DNA of 64,000 nucleotides. Origin: Acidimicrobiaceae bacterium. GTDB lineage: Bacteria > Actinomycetota > Acidimicrobiia > Acidimicrobiales > Aldehydirespiratoraceae. Of this stretch, positions 40,763-49,288 are shown in pieces (the stretch's first letter is position 1; each line of letters starts with the position of its first letter). Location of the stretch: the NCBI GenBank assembly GCA_009837445.1, contig VXTM01000036.1, forward strand, positions 5,092 to 69,091. The letters are read 5' to 3'. The notes below the pieces were generated by a model. The model made no database searches and had not been told where the DNA came from. It saw only the letters and a program-made list of their open reading frames with translations. The position numbers and the translations under genes were made by a program.

Positions 40763-41410
40763 GTGCGTTTGGGCAGAGCCTGGCTTGCGGCGCCCCTGCT
40801 GGCGGCGGCGCTGCTCGTCGCGGTGGCCAGCCCGGTGTCGGCAACCGGTGAGGGCGAGGCTCCGCTGGTGGTAAACCCGGACCAGTCCGGCTCGCTGGGG
40901 GTGGTCAGCACGGCCCAGTCCGACTCCGAGATCAGTCCGGAGTCGGATACCGAGCCGCGCCTGGTCGGCCGCGAGAGCAGCGAACGCGTCGATGGGGTGG
41001 TGATAGCGCTCTGGTCGATCGCGGCGGGCATGACGGTGATGCTGGTGGTGTTCCTGTGGCACACCAGCCCCCGCCGCCGGCTGCGTCTGGCCCGTCGCCG
41101 CTCCACGCAGTTGTACGACGGCGAGGCGGACCTGGCTGCTGGTGCGGCGGGGTCCGACAAAGACGGTGATGAGGTCGACGATGGTGCGGCTGCCATGCAG
41201 GACGCCGAGGCCGTCGCCGTGGCGGCTGCTGGAGCGGACGAGGACCCGGAGCTCCCGCCGGTCTGGGAGGACGAGGCCGAGCTGGCCGGCGAGAAGGCGG
41301 ATCCCGCCGACAGCGGCCCTGCGAACGAGTCCCCAGAGGCTGGGAAGGCTGGCGGCGAGAGCCGGTCGAGGTTCTGGATGCAACTGAGGCGGACGCTCGG
41401 TCTAGATTGA
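40763..41410 (+). CDS. hypothetical membrane protein with acidic disordered tail
   Basis: Signal-like N-terminus, one TM segment, FLWHTSPRRR motif. Confidence 0.6.
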   Translation: MRLGRAWLAAPLLAAALLVAVASPVSATGEGEAPLVVNPDQSGSLGVVSTAQSDSEISPESDTEPRLVGRESSERVDGVVIALWSIAAGMTVMLVVFLWHTSPRRRLRLARRRSTQLYDGEADLAAGAAGSDKDGDEVDDGAAAMQDAEAVAVAAAGADEDPELPPVWEDEAELAGEKADPADSGPANESPEAGKAGGESRSRFWMQLRRTLGLD

Positions 41411-41643
41411 CGGGCGTGGCAGAGGGATTCGACGCCGACGCGATGATCGAGCGCTTCCGCGAGCGGGCGGAGGGGGTGAAGCGCCGCAACCTCCCGCCGG
41501 TGGCGGGCGACGAGCGACGCCACTTCCTTGAGCAGGCTCAGAAGGACTTCCAAGACTTCGCCATGATCGGCGACGCGGAGGCCACTATGGAGGACGGCTT
41601 CCTGCGTCTCACGATCGACCTCCGTCCCCCGGAGGCTCGCTGA
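41407..41643 (+). CDS. small hypothetical protein
   Basis: 78-aa ORF with protein-like composition overlapping the previous stop. Confidence 0.7.
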   Translation: MTGVAEGFDADAMIERFRERAEGVKRRNLPPVAGDERRHFLEQAQKDFQDFAMIGDAEATMEDGFLRLTIDLRPPEAR

Positions 41644-41688
41644 CAGCGTGGCCGCGGGCGGGCCTCGCCGGTAGGATCGGCCCCCTTC

Positions 41689-41761
41689 GCGGACGTAGCT
41701 CAGTTGGTAGAGCGCAACCTTGCCAAGGTTGAGGTCGCCGGTTCGAGGCCGGTCGTCCGCT
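41689..41761 (+). tRNA. tRNA-Gly(GCC)
   Basis: Cloverleaf GCGGACG...CGTCCGC; anticodon arm CAACC-TTGCCAA-GGTTG; GGTTCGA T loop. Confidence 0.97.
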
Positions 41762-41764
41762 CTG

Positions 41765-42340
41765 ATGAATGGTGGGGGAGCCGTCGGCGTGCGCTCTCTC
41801 GCAACGCTCGCAGTGGAACTGGTCCTTCTCGCTGACTACTGGCGTGCTGACTGCGACGAGCGCACCGACATCGGCCGGCTGGTCCACCGAGCCAAGGACC
41901 AGGACGACCCTGAGGCTGCCACCGAGTTGGCCGACCGGTTCGCGGGTCTAGCCGGGTCTCTGCCGGATACGCCTGGCGGCTCCGATCGCCTGGTAGTGCC
42001 GGTCCCGCCCACGCAGCCGGCGGCTGAAACCGTCGGCGAGCTGCTGGTCGATGCTCTCGCTCGCTCGCTGGCGGCGGCCGGGGCGGGGGAGTACCGCAGC
42101 GATCTTGTGGATAGGACCGCGGTGACGCCGCGCCTGCGTAACGTCGATCCGCAGCAACGGACCGAGATCGCGGCCGCAGCCGGCTACCGAGCCTCGGATG
42201 CGGCCGCCGGCCGCCACGTGGTGGTGGTCGACGACGTGATCCTCACCGGCACGACCGTGAGCGCAGTAGCCGCCTGCCTACGAGACGCCGGAGCCGCCTC
42301 TGTAACCGCTGCCGTGGCCGCCCGAACGAGACTGCACTGA
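41765..42340 (+). CDS. ComF-like phosphoribosyltransferase
   Basis: LVVPVP and VVVVDDVILTGTT PRT motif. Confidence 0.75.
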   Translation: MNGGGAVGVRSLATLAVELVLLADYWRADCDERTDIGRLVHRAKDQDDPEAATELADRFAGLAGSLPDTPGGSDRLVVPVPPTQPAAETVGELLVDALARSLAAAGAGEYRSDLVDRTAVTPRLRNVDPQQRTEIAAAAGYRASDAAAGRHVVVVDDVILTGTTVSAVAACLRDAGAASVTAAVAARTRLH

Positions 42341-42403
42341 CAGGCCGCGCCCGGCCGTCACCGGGTCTGCCCGGGACCTGGCGCCGGTACGCTGCGAATC
42401 CCT

Positions 42404-42478
42404 GCGCCGGTGCCCGAGCGGACCAAGGGAACGGCCTGCAAAGCCGTAAAGCCGCGGGTTCAAATCCCGCCCGGCGCT
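42404..42478 (+). tRNA. tRNA-Cys(GCA)
   Basis: Acceptor GCGCCGG/CCGGCGC, anticodon arm ACGGC-CTGCAAA-GCCGT, T arm GCGGG-TTCAAAT-CCCGC, U discriminator. Confidence 0.93.
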
Positions 42479-42641
42479 CCGTTCCAGTCCTGACCCGGCG
42501 ATTCACGCCGACAGCGACCGGCGTCAAGGTCGGCTAGTAGGGCTTCGATGTCGAGCGGGATTCCGTGGGCTTCCACGAAGCGCTCGAGATCTGAGAAGAG
42601 TTCCTCCTCGTCGGGTTCGCTGGCAGTTGGCTCCATGTGGG

Positions 42642-43910
42642 TCATCCCGCGGTGCGGCGGTGCTGTAGGAAGGGCAGCTTCGAGACGGTGGCGGGTGCCG
42701 CGAACACGGTGTTGGTTCCGGGGATGGCCCAGTCCACGTAGACCTGGGTGCCTGGTTCGCCGAGGGCCTTGTCGAGGTGACCGAAGCCGATCAGCCGGTC
42801 GACCGACGGGCCCCAGGTGATGCTCGATGCCCGGCCGACGCGGTTGCCGTCGGCGGAGACCGGCTTGGCCACCCACTCGACGCGCGGCGAGATGTTCGGG
42901 GGGACGCCGAGGTCGAGGTGGGTCGCGACGATGGCCCGCCAGTCGATGTCGAGCCCGACCAGCACCCGCGGCGGCCCGCCCGCCTCGGCTTCCGCGACGA
43001 GGGCGTCGCGGCCGACGAAGGACTCCTTCGACAGATCGACGAAGGGCCCCATCCCCAACTCGAACGGCGACGAGTAGCACTCGGGATCCGACGCCGAGAC
43101 CGTGTGCGAGCCCGTGGGGTCCGGCCCCGCGTTGGCGTAGTCGGGTCCCGGAATCAGCAAGCCGGCCTCGACCCGGGCCACGTCGATCGCCCACTCGCCG
43201 CACGGCCGGAGCCCGGAGCCAGCACCGGCCTCGGCGACCGCGTCCCACACGGGGGCGCCGCTGCCGGCCCGCATCAGGATCTCGTAGCCGAGTTCACCGG
43301 TGAAGCCCTGCCGGGCCAGCTCGACCTCTACGCCGCCGATCCGGGTGCGGACCATGCGAGAGAAGTCGAGGTCGGACCAATCAGCTCCCGTCGCCCGCTC
43401 GATCACGTCTCGGGCTCGAGGCCCCTGCACCATGAGGATCCCGTAGTCGTCGGTCTCGTCGATGACCTCCACGTCGTAACCCTCGGCCTTCTCGGTGAAC
43501 CAGTCGCAGGTCGGGTCCCCGGTGAAGCGGTAGCTCGTGTCGGACGCGCGGAAGACGAGCCCGTCGGAGACGACCTTGCCGTCGTCGTTGCACCACGGCG
43601 TGTACTGGACAGTGCCCACATCGAGGTTGTCGATGTTGCGGGGCACCAGCTCATCGACGAGCCGGGCGGCCCCCGGGCCCGAGATCAGGCACTTGCACAG
43701 CGGCGACATGTCGCCCATCGCCACCGTCTCGCGGATCGCGCCGAGCTCGGCGTGGAAGTCGTCGTACACGTCGACGACGTGGTTGAGGTCCCAATTGAAG
43801 TACCACGGAGTCTTGCTGTGCTGCGCGGTGCGGGTGTGCAGAGGGGTGCCCACCACGCCGTCGGGCCGGAAGCGACTGGCCCGGGCCTCCTGCCAAGACG
43901 GTTCACTCAT
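42642..43910 (-). CDS. aminomethyltransferase (GcvT/THF-dependent demethylase) family protein
   Basis: TPLH, DMSPL, YTPWCNDDG...DG, QGP, GFTGELGYE, ARVEAG, SPFELG. Confidence 0.88.
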   Translation of the reverse strand: MSEPSWQEARASRFRPDGVVGTPLHTRTAQHSKTPWYFNWDLNHVVDVYDDFHAELGAIRETVAMGDMSPLCKCLISGPGAARLVDELVPRNIDNLDVGTVQYTPWCNDDGKVVSDGLVFRASDTSYRFTGDPTCDWFTEKAEGYDVEVIDETDDYGILMVQGPRARDVIERATGADWSDLDFSRMVRTRIGGVEVELARQGFTGELGYEILMRAGSGAPVWDAVAEAGAGSGLRPCGEWAIDVARVEAGLLIPGPDYANAGPDPTGSHTVSASDPECYSSPFELGMGPFVDLSKESFVGRDALVAEAEAGGPPRVLVGLDIDWRAIVATHLDLGVPPNISPRVEWVAKPVSADGNRVGRASSITWGPSVDRLIGFGHLDKALGEPGTQVYVDWAIPGTNTVFAAPATVSKLPFLQHRRTAG

Positions 43911-44011
43911 GAGTGTTCCCCTCCTTGAGTACGACGCCACGCGGCCGGGTCCCTTCCGGGCCACGGCCATCATGGTCCACGACGGCTGGGATCGCCAGCA
44001 GCCGGCGGTGC

Positions 44012-45205
44012 TTACGCCGGCTTGCTCGCCCTCACGTTGCGTCGTAACGGTTGTAACGTGCGGTAGGTCGCGCAGCGCCATGCCCATTCGAACGGTCCGT
44101 ACCGGAACCGGTGCATCCATGATGTCGACCACCAGAGTTGCAGCCCCCAGACGCCGAGGATCCACGCCGCAATCATCGTGCGGCTGAGACCTGCGTCGGC
44201 CCACCACCATGTGAGCATTGTGACGCCGAGGATTGTCTGGGCGAGATAGTTGGTGAGGGCCATCCTGCCGGCGTTGCGGAAGCGCTCGATGAGGTGGCTG
44301 TCGCGCTGGTTCCATGTGATGATCAGCGCCATGTAGCCGAGAGCCATGGGGATCGTGCCCAAGCCGGTGAGAACGTGCCCCGTGAGTGCGTGGTCCGGTG
44401 ACCAGTCGCCCGCGATCCGGAGCACCATCTCGGCTGCCGTGACGGTCGTGCCTGCGCCGATTCCCCACCAGGCCATGCGTCGGTAGTACCCGTCGCCTCG
44501 CTGACCCTGCACGATGCCGAGCCGGTACAGGGCTACGCCGATCAGCATCAGGCCCAAGGCCCGGCCGCCGATGTCCAGAAGGAACCAGCCCGACACCTCG
44601 TCCGACTTGGTGCCCGCGTTGGTGAACCAGTAGTCGCCGAGTTCGGTTCCGTCGGCGGCGACGGTTCTCTGGAACAGGGGCGCCGTGAGGCTGCCCGCGA
44701 GAGCCAGCACGACCCCCGAGCCGATGAGCAGGCCCGTTGGGAGTTTGCGGATCAGCAGCACGATCGGCGCGCACAACGCGTAGAGGACAAGGACGTCGCC
44801 GTCCCACAAGGCGGTGTGGGCGAGGCCGACAAGCAGCAGCAGCACGAAGCGCCACAGGCTCAGCCAGACGACCCGGCGCCCTTTGGCCCGGGCCCGGTCG
44901 GCGAACACGACGACGCCCACACCGAACAGCAGCGAGAACAACGCCATCATCTTCTGGTTGATGAAGATCATGGTCGCCACCCCGACGACCCAGTCGAAGG
45001 GTTGACGGATCCCGTCGGCGGAGACGTTGAAGTAGGCCGCCGGCTCCAGGCCGAAGGCCAGGGCGTTCATGGGCAGAATGCCGAGCACGGCCACGCCCCG
45101 CACAGCGTCGAGCGAGGAGATCCGTTCGGTCGCCGAGACCGGACCCGACAGGTGCCTGCGCCCCGATCGCGAGGCGGATCGCCCAAGCCTCCCGGATCCA
45201 GCCAT
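44012..45205 (-). CDS. DUF418 (YeiB-like) membrane protein
   Basis: RISSLDAVRGVAVLGIL, LFSLLFG, GRMALTNYL, GPFEWAWR. Confidence 0.9.
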   Translation of the reverse strand: MAGSGRLGRSASRSGRRHLSGPVSATERISSLDAVRGVAVLGILPMNALAFGLEPAAYFNVSADGIRQPFDWVVGVATMIFINQKMMALFSLLFGVGVVVFADRARAKGRRVVWLSLWRFVLLLLVGLAHTALWDGDVLVLYALCAPIVLLIRKLPTGLLIGSGVVLALAGSLTAPLFQRTVAADGTELGDYWFTNAGTKSDEVSGWFLLDIGGRALGLMLIGVALYRLGIVQGQRGDGYYRRMAWWGIGAGTTVTAAEMVLRIAGDWSPDHALTGHVLTGLGTIPMALGYMALIITWNQRDSHLIERFRNAGRMALTNYLAQTILGVTMLTWWWADAGLSRTMIAAWILGVWGLQLWWSTSWMHRFRYGPFEWAWRCATYRTLQPLRRNVRASKPA

Positions 45206-45291
45206 TCAGCCCAGCCTTCAGCCTTCAGGCCACGGCAGTCGTTGGCGAGCGCAACGTCCGCACGTGTCGTCAGCCATCCTCAGACCGGTGC

Positions 45292-46248
45292 TTACAGGAT
45301 CAGGTCGGTGAGCAGGCCGGCGACAACTGCGACGGCGAACACGTAGGCGAAGAACGCTGCGACGACTCGGCCCCGGGCGATCTTGGTGAGCAGGGCGAAC
45401 TCGGGGATGTTGGCTCCGGCGCCCGCGATCACCAGGGCCACGATGGCTCCGGTGCCGGCGCCCTTGGCGTGGAGGGCGTCGCCGATGGGGATGAAGAGCT
45501 CGGTGCCGAAGTAGAGCGGGATGCCGGCGGCAGCTGCGGCGGGAACGGCCAGCGGGTTGTCGGCGCCGGCGATGCCGGCCAGGGCGTCGGTGGGGACGAG
45601 CAGGCCGATGGCCAGCCCTACGCCCACTCCGGCGGCGATCAGCCAGGCCATGCTCCTCAGCAGCGCCACCGCGCGGCGCCACGCGGCCCGAGACTCCTCC
45701 CGCCATCCGGACCACGGGACTTCCTCCGGGGACGAGCAGCTCACTGGCGGCGAGACAGTTCCCGGCGTTGCGGGACTGGATGCCGGGACGGGAGTGGATA
45801 CCGGTGCGGGTGACCCGACCAGCGCCGGTATCGGCTTGAGGTGGGGTGCGATGTCGACCGCGTCGACGATGAGCGCTAGCAGGAAGGCCGCCGCGAACGC
45901 GGTGGTGACGTACACCGCTGCGCCCGTGGGGCCGATGATGATGGCCAGAACGCCGATCATCACCGGGTCGACCACGGGTGCGGCGAAGATGAACGCGGCG
46001 TATCCCGCGGGCCGCACGCCGGCCTGGCGCATGCCGAGGAGGACCGGGATGGCCGAGTAGGTGCAGAACGGCGTGATGAACCCCACCGCTATGCCCTTGA
46101 GCGCGGCCCGCCGGGGCGGCCCGCCCATCCACCGCCGGATGGCGGCGTCGCCCATCCGGCGCTGCAGCAGCGCCACGCCGAAGGTGACGGCCACAAGCAG
46201 CGCGACCATCTCCGCGATCAGCAGCGCCGCCCCCGGCAGTGAGGTCAT
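45292..46248 (-). CDS. ArsP/DUF318-type permease
   Basis: TPFCTYSAIP, AAPVVDP, GIPLY motifs; coupled to the ArsR gene. Confidence 0.82.
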   Translation of the reverse strand: MTSLPGAALLIAEMVALLVAVTFGVALLQRRMGDAAIRRWMGGPPRRAALKGIAVGFITPFCTYSAIPVLLGMRQAGVRPAGYAAFIFAAPVVDPVMIGVLAIIIGPTGAAVYVTTAFAAAFLLALIVDAVDIAPHLKPIPALVGSPAPVSTPVPASSPATPGTVSPPVSCSSPEEVPWSGWREESRAAWRRAVALLRSMAWLIAAGVGVGLAIGLLVPTDALAGIAGADNPLAVPAAAAAGIPLYFGTELFIPIGDALHAKGAGTGAIVALVIAGAGANIPEFALLTKIARGRVVAAFFAYVFAVAVVAGLLTDLIL

Positions 46249-46577
46249 GACGATTCGAAGCCCATTATCCGGGCGGCCGCGTCGGGGAACTCCTTGAGGC
46301 AGTCGCGGTTCACGGTGACGAGCGTCCGCGTCCCTTCGGACTGCATGTGTACGAAGCACTCCTCGGCCAGCACGCGAAGATGGTGCGACACCGTCGACTG
46401 GCTCACACCGGCACGGTCGACGATCTCCCCGACCGTCATGGCCCGCCCGGTGGTGGCAACGATGTTGAGCACGAGCAGCCGGGTCCCGTCGGCCAGGCAC
46501 CGGAACCAGCTCGCGTACTCGTCTGCGTCCTCGTGCGAGAGCGACGTTCGGATGGGGGCTTGCGTTGGAGTATTCAT
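46245..46577 (-). CDS. ArsR/SmtB family regulator
   Basis: FRCLADGTRL, VSQSTVSHHL HTH. Confidence 0.9.
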   Translation of the reverse strand: MNTPTQAPIRTSLSHEDADEYASWFRCLADGTRLLVLNIVATTGRAMTVGEIVDRAGVSQSTVSHHLRVLAEECFVHMQSEGTRTLVTVNRDCLKEFPDAAARIMGFESS

Positions 46578-46728
46578 CTATCATCGACGATAGTCGATGA
46601 TAGGAGCCTCGGCAACCTGGCTGTGCAGTACCCTCACCGAATGCCCTGTTCGTCGACGCCAAAGGAATCCGTTCGGCTGATGCCGGTTCTTGGGCGCCGG
46701 CCACGGCCCCAGCAAGGGCGGTGGTGAG

Positions 46729-47487
46729 ATGACCGACTCCGTGGCGATCGAGATCGGCGACGACCATGTGGCCACCGTCGAGTTGCGCCGCCCGCCCAAC
46801 AACTTCTTCTCGCTGGAGATGGTGGCCGGGATCGCCGACGCGCTCGAGTCGCTGGACGACGACCCCCGGTGCCGGGCCGCGGTGCTGTGCGCCCAGGGCA
46901 AGCACTTCTGCGCCGGCGCCGACTTCTCGGGTGAGGGGGTCGGCTACACCACCGCGGACCTGTACGCGGCCGCGGTCCGGATCTTCCGCACCCACACCCC
47001 GGTGGTGGCCGCGGTGCAGGGCGCCGCGGTGGGCGGCGGGCTGGGTCTGGCGCTGGCAGCCGACTTCCGGATCGCCGCGCCCGAGGCCCGCTTCAGCGCC
47101 AACTTCGCCCGCCTGGGGTTCCACCAGGGCTTTGGCGTGAGCGTGACCCTGCCGAGGCTGGTGGGCCCGCAGGTGGCGGCCGACCTGCTGTACACCGGCC
47201 GGCGGGTCCCGGGCGAGGAGGCCGCCAACCTTGGCCTGGCCGACGGGCTTGCGGACCTCGACGACCTCCGGCACGCGGCGCACGGCATGGCTCGTGAGAT
47301 CGCGATGTCGGCGCCGCTGGCGGTGCGGTCAATCCGGGCCACGCTGCGAGGCGATCTGGCCGACCAGGTGGAGGCGGCCGTGGCCCACGAGCACCGCGAG
47401 CAGGACCGCCTCCAGAGGACCGCCGACTTCGTCGAGGGCAGCCGGGCCATGCTCGAGCGCAGGACCCCCGAGTTCCGAGGCGAGTGA
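46729..47487 (+). CDS. enoyl-CoA hydratase/isomerase
   Basis: HFCAGADF, QGAAVGGGLGLALAADFR. Confidence 0.9.
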   Translation: MTDSVAIEIGDDHVATVELRRPPNNFFSLEMVAGIADALESLDDDPRCRAAVLCAQGKHFCAGADFSGEGVGYTTADLYAAAVRIFRTHTPVVAAVQGAAVGGGLGLALAADFRIAAPEARFSANFARLGFHQGFGVSVTLPRLVGPQVAADLLYTGRRVPGEEAANLGLADGLADLDDLRHAAHGMAREIAMSAPLAVRSIRATLRGDLADQVEAAVAHEHREQDRLQRTADFVEGSRAMLERRTPEFRGE

Positions 47488-47506
47488 CGCCTACCTCGCG
47501 CCGCGG

Positions 47507-48805
47507 CTAAGCGGCCGGGTCGACGAGACGGCCCACGAACAGCAGGGTGCCCGTGGGCGGGTGGACGATGGCCCACAGGAAGGGGCGGTCGGCGACGATG
47601 GTGAGATCGGCTGGGGGAGGCCCGGACTCGGCGAAGCTCAGGGCGGTGGCTGCTGCCGCCTCGGTGCCCTTCTCGTCGACGATCACCTTGGCTCCGTGCA
47701 GGGCGGCCGAGATGAAGATGCCAGGCGCGATTCCGTCGAATCGTGCTCCGGCACAGAATCCTTGAGGGCATAGCCATTCGAACAGGTCGGTGGGCGGCAG
47801 GCGCTGCTCCCACTTGGGCATGGTGAGGTCGACCAGACCCGTCTGAGCGTCACTCGGCAGGGCGGTCAGCGCCCCGGCGTCGAGTGATGCCTCGACGGCA
47901 GTGAGGCCGGCGGGGTCGTGGGGGACGATGAGCCACATGGCCAGCTGGCCGCCCCGGTAGGGGAGTTCCACCGCGTCGGCGGTGCCGAGCTGGACGAAGC
48001 GACGACGCACCGGTTCCCTGTCGCGCATGAACGGCACCGTCACCGACTGGTTGTCGGCGGTGGTGAACTGGCCGTCGCTGGTCCACTCGGCCAGGAACGG
48101 CTCGGCCCAGTCGGCCTTGAGGTACACGGTGTTCACTAGGACGAGTTCCTGGTCCTGGACGACGCTGTCGTTGACGATGACGGGGATAAGCCCGCGGGTG
48201 CGCTCGGACACCCACCGGTTGATGGCACCGGCTGCGGCGGCGCCGTCGGCAGTGTCGATGGGTTGCAGCGCCGCGCCGTATTGAGCCGCGGCGGTGTGGA
48301 GGAACTCCGGCAGTATCGAGAACCCGTCGTCTGGGAACAGCCGGTTGGCCACCTCCAGGGTGGTGAGCCCGGTCGAGGCCTTCGCCAGCCTGAGGTCCAC
48401 GGCGTTGGCGGCATCGTGGAGGCTGGCTTCGGGGAATCCGAAGATCTGGTCGAGCGCGGCCCCGGAGTCGGCCGATGCGCCGGCCCGGCTCAGGCTGAAG
48501 GCCATGCCGATACTCACCGGGCTGGAGACTGCGTTGCCCTCCAGATGCCGGTGGAAGTCCCACCCGGCCGCGTTGACACCGGTAGCCCATTCACCGACCG
48601 GAGCCTCAGGATCAGCCGGCAGCCGATCCGCCACCGGCTCCAGGACTGCCGCAGTGGTCGTGGCCGTGTCGCCCGGATCCGCCCCCGGATCCTCGACGGC
48701 TCCGGGATCGGCCACCGGCTCCGTGACCGCCGTCGCCGTGTCCGAAGAGCCGCAGGCCGCCGCCATTGAGAACAGCACGACCAGGATTCCGAGCAGTTTG
48801 GTCAC
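47507..48805 (-). CDS. serpin family lipoprotein (start uncertain, 48805-48877)
   Basis: Lipobox MAAAC; SSPVS, INRWVSERTRGLI, NTVYLKADW, hinge EKGTEAAAATA, ADRPFLW, LFVGR. Confidence 0.92.
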   Translation of the reverse strand: MTKLLGILVVLFSMAAACGSSDTATAVTEPVADPGAVEDPGADPGDTATTTAAVLEPVADRLPADPEAPVGEWATGVNAAGWDFHRHLEGNAVSSPVSIGMAFSLSRAGASADSGAALDQIFGFPEASLHDAANAVDLRLAKASTGLTTLEVANRLFPDDGFSILPEFLHTAAAQYGAALQPIDTADGAAAAGAINRWVSERTRGLIPVIVNDSVVQDQELVLVNTVYLKADWAEPFLAEWTSDGQFTTADNQSVTVPFMRDREPVRRRFVQLGTADAVELPYRGGQLAMWLIVPHDPAGLTAVEASLDAGALTALPSDAQTGLVDLTMPKWEQRLPPTDLFEWLCPQGFCAGARFDGIAPGIFISAALHGAKVIVDEKGTEAAAATALSFAESGPPPADLTIVADRPFLWAIVHPPTGTLLFVGRLVDPAA

Positions 48806-48999
48806 GGCAGTTTGGACGTTACAGCCACGCCCCAGGTTCCCGAGGCCATCGACAACCGGGGATCGGCGGACGGTCATGGCCCGCTGGCACCAGGAGGATC
48901 CCGAGCAACGGACCGCCGATCGTGACGAGGAATGACGGACCGTGGCGACAGGACTCCCGAGTTCCGAGGCGCGTGACGCCTGCTACCCTGCGTGGCTCG

Positions 49000-49074
49000 G
49001 GGCCGTTAGCTCAGCCTGGTTAGAGCGCCTGCTCGACACGCAGGAGGTCAGAGGTTCAAATCCCCTACGGCCCA
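49000..49074 (+). tRNA. tRNA-Val(GAC)
   Basis: Acceptor GGGCCGT/ACGGCCC, anticodon arm CCTGC-TCGACAC-GCAGG, TTCAAAT T loop; one A-C mismatch in T stem. Confidence 0.93.
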
Positions 49075-49237
49075 CTGATGGGGGGTTAGCGCGTTTTGTG
49101 CCGCCGGGTTGGCGGGTTAGGCCGAAAATGCCCGATTTGGAGGGTTGGGGCCGTTTCGGCCGGGTTGGCTTGTTCTACGTCACGCTGAGGCGCTCCGGCC
49201 GTCTCAGAAGCCGCCGCGGGACGTGTTTGCGGGCGCG

Positions 49238-49271
49238 CTGAAGCTGACGGTCAGATAACCGCCAGCTTCAG
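49238..49271 (-). terminator. stem-loop downstream of the DDE gene
   Basis: Minus strand CTGAAGCTGGCGGT-TATCTG-ACCGTCAGCTTCAG: 14-bp stem with one G-U, 17 nt past the stop. Confidence 0.65.
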
Positions 49272-49288
49272 TCCTGGGCGCTCAGGGG

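Noticed and set aside
42642-47283. 737-aa and 663-aa minus-strand ORFs as fusions
   Set aside because: The extensions overlap DUF418, ArsR and crotonase genes in other frames; true starts are 43910 and 46248
116-47813. Numerous long Arg/Pro/Gly-rich overlapping and antisense ORFs
   Set aside because: Typical stop-poor shadow frames of high-GC genes, with no family motifs
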